A DNA stretch of 64,000 nucleotides from Amphiscolops sp. MND2022 (lineage: Eukaryota), in NCBI GenBank assembly GCA_964187785.1, contig OZ076410.1, forward strand, positions 82,584,001 to 82,648,000, written 5' to 3'. Position 1 is the first letter of the stretch. Each line of letters starts with the position of its first letter. The notes beneath the pieces were generated by a model. That model searched no databases and was not told the DNA's origin. It saw only the letters and a program-made list of their open reading frames with translations. The translations under genes and the position numbers were made by a program. Positions 12,420-25,404 of the stretch are shown in pieces.

Positions 12420-15400
12420 CAGAAATCAGTTTACTAATACGATATCAATGTAATAATTCGTAATCAGTCGTAAGTATTGTACATTTTGAACCCGATAGGG
12501 CTATGAGTGGTTTATCGGAATATGCACTTTCAAAATTCGGTTCCTGTACTTTTTTTTGACAAAAATGAAAAGTTGAATATTAACGTCTTTTTTGCTCCTT
12601 TTTGCTGTTTTATTGGTAACAGACACACCGCCAGCCCCGTTGAAGAAGTGTACCTGTAAGGTACTTGATCTTGCTGAAATACAACCGCTTGGTAAGCTTT
12701 TAGATTTATCTAGTTGAAAGAGTTTACCAATTTCATTAATGCAGTTCCGTGGCTGCTTTTTGGGTCTTGTATGTGGTGTTTCTCTCAATACTTCCAGTGA
12801 CAAACCCAAGGATTTCCGAAACCTTCCTCTGGTTTGATATTCGTAAAACAAGTTTCCCACAGCGTTTTGACTTCACGTCCGCTTTGTCGTGTTGAGGTAT
12901 GTACATATGGTGTTTCGTACATCGAGTTATTGCACCTTTTCTGCCAATTCTCTCTAAACTAGCTGCCATTGAAAGCAGTAGCTATGTAATTCTTCCCAAA
13001 CTGTTTTGATGGATGTATTTTCCGAAAAACTACTCTCGTTCGGCCGTCGGTTGTTTCTCAAAAACTTGCCGCTGGCCATTCACAATACGAGACACATCCA
13101 TCCAAAGTAAAATGGATTTCTGTCACGCAGCGTAACATGTGTAATCCGGAAAATGGCCATTCAGCGTAACTCAGTCAAGACGGTCTATTATTGCAAGGTG
13201 TAGCTGCGTGAACGCGCGTAATGGAAAATAGTGTACACTAGTCAAGGCGCGTAGTTAGTGAAGAGTGGAAGTTGGTCCAAAAATGCATATTTCCGTAATT
13301 CAGTCAAATTTGCATTAACTTGCACTTATTACAAGTATAGCGATCCGCAATTTGAAACAAGTGGAATATTGTCAAAGTGTGACTAACTTACACCTTGTTT
13401 GTATGCATTCAAAGTTCAGTGTTCAATTTATTTCCAAATCAAACCACCACATCGTAAAACAAGCAACTTAAACAATGATTCAAAAACTAATTAGTTATCA
13501 TTACCAGGCTGTGCCGCGCATAGTAAGTATAAACTTCATTCAATTCAAATTGCGCACGTGTACACGTGTGTTCCATCCAAGCATCTCACGTCCAATAATA
13601 TACCGGTTCATTGACAAATAAATATCAAGTCGCCAGTTGTGTTCCGTATTTTGTCCGAATAAGTCCGATTGGACTTTTTCGTTTGGATTGCTTAGTGTAG
13701 GCACTTTATTTTTTTAAATGCAAGGTAAGTATTTCAGGTTTCGTCTCCTGACCGAACGTTTTGCATGCGACGCATGAGTCGTACTTCTTTCGTAAGGAGT
13801 TGATAATTCGTGGCCACAATAAACAACGCGTTGCGAGATGGGTTTCGTTTGATTCGATGGTCCAGTGCATGGTGATTTGTTATTACTATCCGCCACATAC
13901 CTTGGGGGAGGAAAATCATAATCTGTGTAGCGTTTTTCCCAAGTTCAGCCAAATCTCCTCCCAGTTTCTTCGACTTCACCTATAGTTGGTCAAGTAATAG
14001 TCAAAAAACAGTTAAGTAATAAGTAGTCAAACACCAGACAGCTTAAAAGGGATAATATCTAAAGGGAATAAGGTCTAAAAAAACAAAATTTTAGATCTTA
14101 CACTTTAACTTCTATTCCCCCTCCCAAAATAGCTATGGCTCAGTTGGTGAAGGCGAAGAAGGCAGAAAAGATCCCGGTGATTAGCAGGCGTCTTGTTAGT
14201 TTTTTTTCTGTTTCTTGTATACGTATATACCAAAAAGATCTCACCTCCAAGCTGGGGCCAGTATTTCAAGTATTGGTAAACGGCCAGATTCCGAGCCAGT
14301 GAATTCAATTGCTGGTTTGAAGATTTCGGACAAATTTACTCACTTTGTATCAATTTTTCTTTGATTTGGACAACATATTCATCAGATCGTTTTTGTGTTT
14401 TACGTTTCGGCCCCAAGTCACCACTATGTTGAAGTCAAGCTATGCTAGATTTTCATTTTTGAGTGTTTGGTCATTTTTGGAATGTAGTGGAAATGGCGTC
14501 ACAGTCTGTAAAGGTCTTTCAAAACCCAAAAGCGTCCGATGATATTACGCTCTGTGACTGCAAAAATGAACAGGTTCTTTGCAATTTTTAACAATTTCAT
14601 TTGGCCGTATACAAAGTCAATGTTAAATTTTGATATCAAGATTTTTTTTGCTAATTCATCCGCATGTTTTCTGGATCGACGTGATCTTAGTTTCACCAAA
14701 TTAGGCACTTGTGCGTTTCGTGTTACTATAACTTCAGTTAGCTTTCGTGAGTCCAAAACCATTTTTGGCAATCATTTTTCATTGTAATTACAGCAGAACT
14801 TATAAAACAACTCCGACCAATGTTTTTAACCCTTTCGATATAGCCTTTGTTTTCAAACTTTTCGATTGCTACTGAAAGTTGTAGATGAAGTGGATATGTC
14901 TACTTTTTTGTTGGAATAACTTTGCACCTTCTTTAAACTAAATTTCCATATCTATACTTTAACTGTACAGTTTTCGGTAAACAAAGTGTGAAACGTACTC
15001 TTCAGCATCAGCGTGTCCCGATAGTCTTTATATGCGTTCATTTGGCACCAGTTTTAACCGTATCTAGTCTCATTCCCAGTTCTTCTAATCAATCCAAACA
15101 TAAGAGTGCCTTTGTTTTCTTTATGCTGAATAAATTGTCCAATAATTGTTTCTTCCGTTCACTACTATGATTGCCTTTGATTCACCTTCGAATTTTTTTG
15201 GTTATCGTTTAGAACCCGATATTCTAACTTTAAAATATTTATCGATGTTAAGTTGTTGAATCTTGATTTTGGAAATAAAGTGGCCGATGAAGCGCCGCAG
15301 TCAATCATGAACTTGACGCTTCAGTTGTAAACCAATGCAGCGATAGGATAAAGCGGTTGTCAGTTTTTGCTTTCCGTTGATTGAATTTTGGTGATTTGAA

Positions 15401-16430
15401 TGGAAATGAACTTCTGGTGTCCAGTTGCCTTCCACTACGTTTGTTTCTTCATTTCACGACGTGGTCGGGCTTGCCGGATTTTGCACAATGTCTTCCTTTT
15501 TCCAGGAAAAATTTTGTTCTGTCCAGTTCGAGGCGCCACCTCTATTGGAGTCTAATTTTATTAGTTCAGATTTGTGCTCTCCAGGTTTTTTGGTGACCTT
15601 GTTTTCTTTTTATCGAAGTCCCTGATTCTGTTTGCTTCTTCTGTTTCAGGTGAGTCTTTCACTTTTTCATACATGTGTTTGTGTTACGTATCTGTTATGG
15701 GTTCTACTGTCATGTTGCACACTCTGATTTTCTATATAAAGTCGTAGTCGCGTGTTTTTCCCATTCAAAGACAGAAAATTTAGGCTTGTAGTTCTGATGC
15801 CGTAAAGTTTTTTATTTCGCATTTTCTTTCGACTTCTAGAGTGCTTTTTCACAAATCTGTGAGTGTCTCGCCGCTTTCATTTTCCAGGTCCAAGAAATCA
15901 GATGTACTGTTTCTTTCCGTTGTAAAGTGAAATCGGAATAGCATGTATAACTTGTACAAAGGCAAGGAACTCGGTTTTTTTCTGTGATCGTTTTTGTCAA
16001 TTCCGAGAATGCATTTTTCCAATTGCCCACAGAAAATTGTTCTTTTTATTTCAGCTTAAAGTGATTCTTGATAATGCTGCAGTGTTTTTCTTGTGTTCAC
16101 TATTGCTGAGAGGTCGATGTCTTCAACCTCCTTTACATATTTCACGAACTTCCGCCGCCACTTTTTGTCGCGGGACGTGTGGTATTTTTCGTAGATATTA
16201 TTCGATAGCCTTGTGTGCAAGTACATTTACCCGTTCTGGTCATTGTTTGATTTAGTAGTTGTGCTTTTCTGCTTGTTGTATTTGCCGTCGATTCAGTGGA
16301 TAGTCCTCGTTCTGCAGTGTGACATTGTGACTTATTTCCATTTTTTGGTATAGTTTGTCCCGTCAAATGGAAATGTTTGTTCTTTGTCAGCCGTAGGTTA
16401 GCCTGACTGCGCCATGTTGTATTCTGATTA
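12420..16430 (-). mobile_element. Heavily decayed, near full-length Ty3/Gypsy element (gag-PR-RT-RH-INT)
   Basis: Frameshift-tolerant reading: LTR end ...ACAACA + PBS TGGCGCAGTC (16405-16414); gag WRRKFVKYVK; degenerate knuckle HCAKSGKPDHVVK* (15449-15490); protease FMIDCGASS (about 15285-15312); RT KMVLDSRKL..ISKFNIDFVYGQ and *LDFNIVVTWG; RNase H ITNHHALDHRIKRNPS; integrase ATAFNGS*FRE..YETPYVHTST (12890-12985). Confidence 0.8.
16405..16414 (-). promoter_or_regulatory. Primer-binding site (tRNA-Ser-like) of the decayed Gypsy element
   Basis: TGGCGCAGTC directly follows a CAACA LTR end; it is complementary to the 3' end (…GACTGCG-CCA) of invertebrate tRNA-Ser. The tRNA identity is from memory. 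Confidence 0.55.
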
Positions 16431-17604
16431 CCTGACAAAAGATTGTTCGCTAGCACGAAATTTACCCCTTTGAAAAGAAAAATTTCCAATGAAACTGTCG
16501 CATACAGCCAAAAAATGTTTTTTTTTCACTGTCATTCAGAGAACTCTCAATCAGTTGCACAGAGGTCACCTTTAACAAAAAAGTCACCTTCAAGACTCGG
16601 AAAAAAGGCCTCCAAAAAACCAAATGTGTGTCAAAAATTTATTCCGAAAATAAAGTTCGAAACAAATCAATTGGGAAGTGGCAGAGTGCCGAAAACCGAT
16701 GAAGTAGCCTTCTTGCTTGCAACACAATTTGTTCTTGTTAAAAATCAAAGGGAGGTTTTGGTTTGAAAACTGTAGAAACACAATCGCGTATTACCGAAAA
16801 ACTTCGGCACTAGGCGAGAAGTCCTAATTAACCTCAAGAACAAAACAAAAGAAGTTAGATATGTGTGTCAGAATGTTCGAAATAAGGCACTGTTTTAGAT
16901 TAAAAAAGGCCTACAATAATATTTAATATTATAATAATAACTAAATTATCAACAAAATGGGTCTTAATCAGGCTTGTTTAAACTAAACGTTCGAAAAACC
17001 CAAAGAGAAAACCTCCGTGAAAAACACATTTTTCGAAACAAATTTGCAGAGTACCAAAAATAACACCCAAATCAAGTTTTTATTCGAAGACTTGAAAAGT
17101 TGAAGTCAAAATATGAAAAGGGAACCCTAGCAAAAAATTGTCTATTTTTTGTAGGAACTTCGTAAAATTTTGTAGGCATTCGGCATGAAATGGTCATTTG
17201 ACTGATATTGATTGAAAAATAAACACAACGAAAAACCACTTTAATAATCGTGTTTTATTTGAGATAGCGCCGACTAAAAGTGATACAAAATTGAATGATG
17301 GAAGTATCTCTAATTTGAAGACACTTTTCAATTTAAAAAATAAAGAGGATGTTTCAAAACAACTATCAGGTAAACTCACTATTTTGTTCATTGCTGTCGC
17401 GAAACAAGTTAATGCAGAATCAACCAACTTGAGACAAAAAAGACGCTTTTTTAGTCGGCGCTTTTCGAAGAAAAACGCGGACTATAGTAGTGACTTCTTT
17501 TTTTTTAAACCAACGAACTGACAGATTTTATAAAGAGTTATAAAGAGTTACCTGAGCTGACTTCACTGCACTTACAGTAACTGCAACGCTAGCTATCACT
17601 GCTG

Positions 17605-18005
17605 GCACTTGGCATAGAGGTTAATTAACCTTTTTGAGGTCTGCCAAGCAGAAGGACGTGGGTTCAAGTCCCGTCCTTGATCATTTTTTTTGTGCAGGTT
17701 TTTTCGGCTTTGTGAGATTTTTTTCGCAAATTTTTTTAATGTCTCCAAAGGGTCCACCCTTCATTTTTTTCTATTTTGCATAAGAATGGATGTTCAAAAC
17801 CTCCCAAAGGGCCCCTTTTACAATTTTTCGGCACTATGCGACTTACCGGAGACCAAAAAATTTCGAAAAAAATTCCAAAAAATTCGGATTTTTCAAAATT
17901 TTTCCTCACGCGGGTACTGTAGAAGAGAATACTTGACACTTTGAAGTCCTTTTGCTATTTTTGAGCCTTAGATATGGCGCCGACTTGGGCCGTTCCCGGC
18001 TTGTT
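17605..18005 (+). mobile_element. tRNA(Val)-derived SINE-like repeat
   Basis: The head TGGCATAGAGG...TCTGCCAAGCAGAAGGACGTGGGTTCAAGTCCC resembles the tRNA-Val anticodon stem and T-arm with A/B boxes; the 3' ~80 bp (…GAGCCTTAGATATGGCGCCGACTTGGGCCGTTCCCGGCTTGTT) recurs inverted at 50148-50226. Confidence 0.55.
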
Positions 18006-18408
18006 AATTTTATTGCCATGTCTTTTTGCAGTCTCAACGCTTTTTATCTATGATAATGCGGAAATATGCAAATTGTACAAAAAGAAGTCAACTGTTCGAG
18101 AATTCAGCTAAAACCTTCAAAGAGAATTAACGACTCATGTTAACCTTCCATACAGTGGCATGGAACAAGATGGAACATGCATGGAATTTATGATGATCAT
18201 GCACGGTCCCTGCAATGTTCAAGAACGAGTGAATTCATGGAGATTTTAGAATATTAATTAGAAATATGCCGGAATTCTAAAAAACGTGAAAAATGTTTTT
18301 GAATGCATTTCATTATCACTTCATTTTCAAACATTTTGCATGAGCTGCGACCATTACAGAAACAGTTACAGAAATAGTGGAATCCTTCGTAAGACATATC
18401 ATATTTTC

Positions 18409-18842
18409 AGGCATCCGATTCGGAGATGGGTACCAAGGACGCAACTATGGATGATTATCACTCACTATTGGACGAGATAGACCAACTGATAGGAAACACA
18501 AGCGAACTGATAATAGACTTGGAAGAACTTGATCCAGATGCAGAAGTTGATTCGGATTGTGTGAGCTACGCGAAAACATTGACCGGGAGATCTCGCATGG
18601 CCATTCGACAGAAGAAAAGAATGGCAGGCGATCCCAGACCCACTTCTTCCCAGGCAACAGGCAAGTCCACGCATCGACCGAAAAGCACTGCATCGACGTC
18701 AACGAATACAAAAACTAGCTCAGCCTTTCAGCGTAAGCAAATGGATTCTCTTAGAGACACCGAATCGAGTAAAACGGAGCGAGATGCAACAGCAACACAA
18801 CCGGTCAAAACAACTGAGGACCGACACAAACCTCGAGGTTAG
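18409..18842 (+). other. Possible isolated exon or ORF of unknown function (acidic helix followed by S/T/K-rich region)
   Basis: 138-aa ORF preceded by TTTTCAG| at about 18408 and with GAG|GTTAG near its end; no recognisable domain. Confidence 0.2.
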
Positions 18843-21122
18843 ACAATAATTTCTCTTAAAATTCCTCATGAATTCCTCGTGATCATGAACAAAAAGCACA
18901 ATGGCACTGTAGCGTTTTTGCACTCTCATGATACATTTTGATACATCTTCATGCCTCAACGCACAGACAAAGAAAAAACGCTTCTGCAGGTCTGATCGTT
19001 TTTATTATTTCAATTTCATAAGGCGCCGAAATGACTTTTCGAAAAATCCCTCACATTGGCAAAGACTTGGGTTTGAAAACATACAGAATTTAGACAGGGA
19101 TAAGAATCGAAGCCAGGCCCTAATTCTGGCACGTAGTAATTTCATTTCAGACGAAGCGTCAGTGATTTAGATATACCGATTCTCAGGGCTAAAATGTTTT
19201 TCCTTTGCAGAAAACTTTCAAAAGTTTTCAAAAATGCCGTACAGTGCCAAAGACGTCCAAATGGAGATAAAGACTTTTCAAGCTTGCGACATTCCATATC
19301 TTGTAATACAAGAACTTTAAAAAAACAAAGGGGATTTCCGGTTCTGAAAAAGAAACTCGACGAGAAAAACACGCAGAGTCCCGAATAAAACCCAAGTTGG
19401 GCCTTCGGTATTCCTCTACCTGTCCCAGCTATTAAAAATGGTATTTGGCGGGCCTTCACCCCACTTACCCAAACAAAGCAACTCACACTAACCTCTAGAC
19501 AATATTGAAAGTTTTCCATACATTCCACCAGCGCGGGCAAGAGCTGGTTACTGTTGTGTCTGAAAAAAATACTGCCTAAATCTAAGTGTTTCCATTTATT
19601 TAGAAAATCAATATTAATAATAATGAAACAACAGTAATGTTTGGATACTTGAGGGCCAGAAAATTTCACTGCGAGATTTTTAGCGTCCGATTTTTTTTTC
19701 GCCGGAGAAAGCCTCAGTATAAAACCGTATCGTCCTTCAGCTTGCTCTATAACAATCTGTGATAAAGAGACAATTCTAAAATTGCAATGAATTTAGCACA
19801 TGTCAACTGCTGATAGCTTTAGCTTGCGGTTCTGGAATGTTCCTTTACCACCTGGTCTAACTTAGAAGTAAAAACGAGCCAGTCTTAATTGAATGATCAA
19901 CCGGTCCATGTTACCAATTGAGTTTGATTTCATCAAACGACACAGCGCTGAGTGTCTTCGTTAAGTGATGGGTCGTTAGGCATTTTGTCAGGTCTGGTGG
20001 GACTGACATTGTTTTGAGAATTTATTTAGACAACTTTGGGAAGGTATATCGACATCCAGGAAAAAGCAGAGCACTGCGGACTTGGTTCCTCCCCAAATGA
20101 ATTTTAAATTTTGAAAAGTGTAGAAACAGGAGAGTGATAACCCAATACGCGGTAGCATGCAAAAATAACACAAGATGGCAAAAGAAGACTACACGTCCAG
20201 TAACTCATTGAGTCCAGCAACGAAATTAAACAAACATGGACGACTTGAAATAATTGAAAAGGGACTTGCCAAAAACGATTAAATGACCACTTCACATAAA
20301 CATACGTCGATAGACGTTGAGTTGAAAAAAAACACAGTAGCTGTTGAAGATAACGAGTTTCATTTCAATTCCAAGCAGTAGTCGAAGCTGAGGTAGAGCA
20401 GCATTTAGAAGACGGAAACAAAATGATGTGACGAAAAATTATTTGAAAAACTTCAGTCCTTGCTGATAAGAATTAGAAGGCTGTAAAAATGGCAACATTT
20501 TGAACTAAACGTAGTTAAAAGAGGGTATTAGGAGCTAATGCTGGGAAGTATGACATGGAGAAAAATTTACCCATCCTTTCAACTGTTGTGTGCGTCTGGC
20601 TAGACAGTACTGCGTCCGGACAGGAGGAGCCTTTGCAACTTCCGGGAACAAAAGCTGGAAAGCAACCCAGCACCTAACACCTGGTATAACAGAATGACCA
20701 AAATGACAACAAAAATATAACAAACCTACGAATTTAAGTTTGTTTCCAGTCATCAAATGAAGTTGTGACTTTATTCGTCAGTGAACGCTATCTAATCAGA
20801 TTTTCAAGGGTTTTTTCCAAGCAACGAAAACCCCCAAAATCTACTTTTACCATTTTTTTGTTTAAAAAACCTAATCTTTTGTCTTTAGTAAAAGCCATAA
20901 AAGTATCTTGCTGAAATACATTAAATTTGGAGAATAAGGACTGAAATGAAGACCTAGCAGGTCAAACAGCTTTCAAAAACCTCTAAACGGTAACAAAAAC
21001 ATAACAAAAAGCTCCGATAACATCACAGTTCGAGTTTGATCAGTTTCTGGCATTTGGCATCATTCTGCATCTTCGGGGCAAAATGGTCTCTTTTGGCATT
21101 TTTTGGGTTATCGTCGGAAAAG

Positions 21123-21345
21123 GAGGTTCTTTACGGTGAGATGGGACCACGCTCTGGTTTTCCACGAGTTGACAACAGCATTTCGCGTTTCTGTGTTTTC
21201 TCAGCTGTTCTACGGGTCCGGGGGTATCTGTCACTTCTCTCTTACATCCTGTTCGATTTTAGGGACCTGCCAGGTTGGCCGTTTTGATTCGCACATTTTC
21301 GAATGTTTCAACAATTATTTGTGCGTCTTCTGCTGGACGTTACAT
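21123..21345 (+). repeat. Dispersed ~225-bp repeat, copy 1
   Basis: Aligns by eye with 40381-40605 in the same orientation (GGTTCT..CGGTGAGATGG..CCACGCTCTGG..GTGCGTCTTCTG..GTTACAT). Confidence 0.9.
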
Positions 21346-21874
21346 CCTCCCCGGGCCGTAGTTTGTCGTCTTCGGCGAACGAGAGAGAATGTTTCATGCC
21401 CAGAGGGTTTTAGCAACTATATTTCCAAAGTTTTTGATCAAGGTTTTTTGCACAAACGTGAAAAACAATTTTTAGCACTCGCAAGATGGTTTTTCTAGTT
21501 TAAAAAATTCAGTTTTGTTCAAAACTTTCAGTCATCAGTCAATGCAATCTGGTTAAAACTTCTTTTTGGGTGGGTCACTTACGTGGCACTCGCAATAACA
21601 AGAAATCTAGCATTCAAAACTTTCAATTACACCATTTTTGATTCTATGTAGGTGGGCACCAAGCTGGGACCAACCTATCATGTAGTATTTATTTGTACTG
21701 CAGGAAAAAAAAACAAAATATATACTAACTACACTAATTATCAATAGCACAAAGATGGTTCTGGGCGCATCGCAAAACAAAAAATTGCACTTGGTTATTT
21801 TGAAATTAGGGAGGTAGTTACAAGAAGCTTTGTTTTATTTGTTCAATTTGCATTAATTGTCCATTTTTATCAGT

Positions 21875-24800
21875 TTAATCGCCTTGGTGACTTTCAGGGG
21901 CACTCGTCGCTTGCATGTCTGCTGTCATTGCTTCTGCTGAAGGCGAGCGACGCTGCTCTAAGATCGTTAATTCGTTGAGATCCGACTCAATGTCTGTCAT
22001 GACTGTTGGCGTCATCTCCACCGCAGACTCGCTTAGTAGCAGTCCTGGTGCTGTCTGACAAGGTAGCTTGGTCATCTGTGACCATATTAAAGGAAAAGGA
22101 CTGCTCAGTTGTATGGAGTTGTGCTCCGTGCCCTCAACTGCCTCAACATGGAAAGGATCAGCTTGGCTCATTTCGAGAACCTGAGAAAAAGCACTGCCAG
22201 AGGCAGCAACTTCCCTTGCTTCTGTTGGTTATTCCTCTTGCTGGTCTTCGGATGGCACGTCTAGGGAAGAATTGGCAAATTGTGGCTGATTATAGTACAG
22301 AAAGCACTCTCTGATGTTCTGAATGGCTGCGGCAAAGTCTTGAAACAGTGGCTTACTCTTTTTCTTCTGCTTGCTCTGCAATTCCAGGAATATTTGCAAG
22401 GCCACTTTTAGGTTGCTACCAATCAGGAAATTGTTGGCTGCTCTGGTTTCAGCGTTCAAGGGGACCTGCAGCCATGTGACAGGGTGGGGTTCCGAGGACA
22501 TAGGCGGGCCCTGGCTCCGATGAACAACATGTGGTTGTACTCGACTTGCTTTTTAATCTTATCACTGTGTAGGCCATGAAGACCGCAAGCTCGTGAAGTC
22601 ACACACCAAAGCCGGAAAGACTGGTCACTGATCCTGGTTGTCGGTTCTGATGAGGGTCATCAAGGAGAATGAACGGGAATTGTGTGCTACCCTCAAGGGT
22701 TTTGTGGGGTATCAGAAGGCCTTCACTCCACCGAACATCGGGCACGTGATGGGTGCAATGAGGTGAATTAAGTCCTCTGTCTAAACTAGCATGAAGCTGG
22801 CCAGTTGGGAAGGAACAAGGAACCTGGCAAGTCAATTGCTCCTCTAACCACGGCTGAGTTTTGTTCAGGCGTGTGCATTATGCCGGATACGTTAATCTAC
22901 GCTGAGTAGATCCACACATGGTTAGCTTCCACGTTTCTATCGAATTGCGTATCAGTTGCAAGAAACCCGCAGGTTGATTCATCCCGCTTCTTGTACCACA
23001 GGTTGTCGACTATACCTTCCTTCTCAGCTTCTGTCGGGTCACTGATCTGCGTCACTCCGTTTTCGTCTATCGATCGGAGAGCTATTTGCATCCTAAAATC
23101 GAATGCTGTCGCTTCATCTATCAGCAGCTGACAGTTTCCTTTGTACCCACTATAAGCCTGCAAGGCCTTAGACACTTCAGCAAGGACTGTTGGGACAAAA
23201 ACGCGCATGGTCGCCACGCTGCCACGCTAATTCTGAGGTTGGGGGCGACAATGTTAACCTTGATATCTCGTAGTACCGGAACAAGTACTGGAACTGTTCT
23301 ATGGGCTTCGCCAGGGAAAGATGTCCAGGAGGGGAGACGAACATTACACCGGCAGTGGGTCTTTTCTTGTGACTTGAACATGCAACGTTTCTCATGCAGG
23401 TAACAGGCAGTTACTCCATCGGCTAGGAATCCTTCCGTCCATCTGGGGTGTTCCCCCATTGAATATTGCAATGTACCGCACAGTGCGAGGTGGTCTATTA
23501 CGTTGCAGTAGATAAGCATGGAGGAAAAAGATAATATCTGCAGCCGCTGGGCCAAAGATTTTGCCGGTAACTTCTATCATATCCTCCAATGAGGTTCAGG
23601 GCATGTTCATGATCCTAACATCCTTCATGGTATTATCATTGTTCGTAGCGACTTTCATGGTGGAGTCCACGACGATTGCTACTCTCGTCTTTTGCAGCTC
23701 CTCCTTGCCCATTGGCAGTATCGTCGCGGGATCTCTCATGTAGTCTCTTGATCGAAGCAGTCTCTCATCATATCTGCGCGCTCGTGGTCTATCCAGCCGA
23801 ACCTGGGAGGTAAGGGGCTTACGTACGGCGAATGGTCTCTGTGAAGTTCGTTTCTGAGTCTCTGAACCACGGGGGCATACGGTCGGGGAGTGCGGCTGGC
23901 CTTTTTATTTCGCGAAGGTGGTGTACGCCGACGGTGGCCTTGTGCAGGACCTTCCCTGATACTGGGTCTCCTTTACTAGTTGCCTTTTCGAACCGTTGTT
24001 CATTTTCATCTGATTCCTGGTCCATGGCTCGGCCTTCCCGTTCTAGACGCGCAGCGTGCCTTACCGTGATTTACTGTGATGTCTAACTGCTGTGCTGATG
24101 TTATTGATTCTGCAAAGCAACTTCCTCTCGTAGCCTCCGGCTGTTATGTGGGCGAAAGGTTTGGTGGTCTGAAGGTCGTGCTCACGCTCGTTGAATCTCT
24201 TGCTGTCTTTAGTGCTCTGATCTTGTTTCTTAAATCCAGCGGTGCTATCAATGCCTGGCTTTCTTCGCGTTGTTGTTGTCGCTGCTCCTCTTTCAATTGA
24301 GAGTCCTCTTGGTAGCTTAACAGGTGCCCTGGGTCTCGGCTTGGTTCTTCCTCTTGCGTGGTGAATGGAACCAATACGTCGTAGAAGTCCTTGAATCTCA
24401 CGGTACTGGGCTTGCGTTCTTCGACTTCGGTTGACGTTGATGCTGACTCTACACTCTGAATATCTGTCTGCACCCCTTCCTTCCCCTGAAAGGAAGAAGG
24501 AAGCTTGACAGTGGGCTTAGATGGCATGGACAAGTTAATGCTATCAAAGGCTTGTACCGGTGGCGTGCGTAGGATCGGAGGTCTGCTTGGTAGCTGCAAG
24601 TGAACCTGGTCTGTATCTGAGGTAGAGATGGAGGTTTGTGGCAAAACCCTTTGAGTTGGAGACCGGTGCACTATTGTTGTCCTGCTCGTGCTGGTAGTGT
24701 GGATGCTTGGCTGAATCGCAGTGACCTTTCCTGATCCATGGGAGGCCTAGCAGGCTTGCCAAAGGTCGCACGTGACCGGGGATCTCCTCGACTATGCGTT

Positions 24801-25110
24801 ACGTCAAACCCTTGCCAAAGTCCTTCGTGGAAGCATGCTCTACGAGTGAGAGGGCCTATTCCGCTGGGGGTGGTTAGTACTAGATCAGAATGATCAACTT
24901 GCGCTTGCATTTGGGTAATCAGCATGGCTATACCTGCTACAAGCGTTGTCTGATGCCAAGGTTCAGGCAGTTGTTGTTGAGGTCCTGATCTTTGATTCGC
25001 TGGCGATGGTGCAGGCATGCGATCGCGGGCTAATGGGTCCCTGATTACAGGTAGCACCTTACCAAATTGCTGTTGCTGTGATAAGCGGGAATGATGAGGT
25101 ATAGCTGGGG
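21875..25110 (-). pseudogene. Accessory ORF (~1000 codons, frameshifted) with SGNH/GDSL-hydrolase-like core
   Basis: Joined frames give RVAIVVDSTMK (DS at 23662-23667), VRIMNMP*TSLEDM (TGA at 23596-23598 where Gly is expected), LIYCNVIDHL, GVMFVSPPG and NIVAPNLR, the strand/helix pattern of SGNH blocks I-III. No D-x-x-H block V is seen. The N-terminal part is low complexity. Confidence 0.45.
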
Positions 25111-25404
25111 GAGTGCCACGCGAGGCAATGAAACAAGACGAAACTGAAACGCAGGTTATATCATGGATAAAAACGTTTCACACAAGGACATATGATCGAG
25201 CTTCAACTAGAAACAGAGCAAAGTATTAACACAAAATAGACGAATTCTGTTCGGGTAAAAGAACAAGCTACAACTTCGATAAAACATGGAATAAAAAGAT
25301 TAAAAGGAGGCCGAAGGCCTCGCGAGTTGCTATGCTGAAACTTATTCTCTCAACTCTTCTAGTCTATCTCACGTTTTCTATCTCCTAGCTATCGATACAA
25401 ATGC

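Noticed and set aside
12400-15060. Apparent Polinton/adintovirus minor-capsid (penton)-like motifs (FTLCLPKTVQL..W, SEILGF, KPAIEFTG)
   Set aside because: Reading the other frames shows the same DNA is the RT, RNase H and integrase of a decayed Gypsy element, in the expected order after gag and protease.
19000-21000. Short ORFs in AT-rich interspersed repeats (also 38-40 kb, 43-45.7 kb, 61-63 kb)
   Set aside because: No recognisable motifs, low complexity and no consistent reading frame; left unannotated.
21640-21870. 3' LTR matching the sequence beyond the putative PBS at 37724
   Set aside because: Only the first ~10 bases are similar (TGTAGGTGGG vs TGGTAGGCGG); the rest does not align, so no LTR pair is claimed.
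21875-25110. DIRS/Ngaro element or envelope gene
   Set aside because: No tyrosine recombinase, RT or methyltransferase motifs, and no signal peptide, furin site or transmembrane anchor was visible.
25307-25321. Perfect hairpin GAGGCC-GAA-GGCCTC between the macrodomain ORF and the accessory ORF
   Set aside because: A single 6-bp stem can arise by chance in 64 kb and there is no supporting context.
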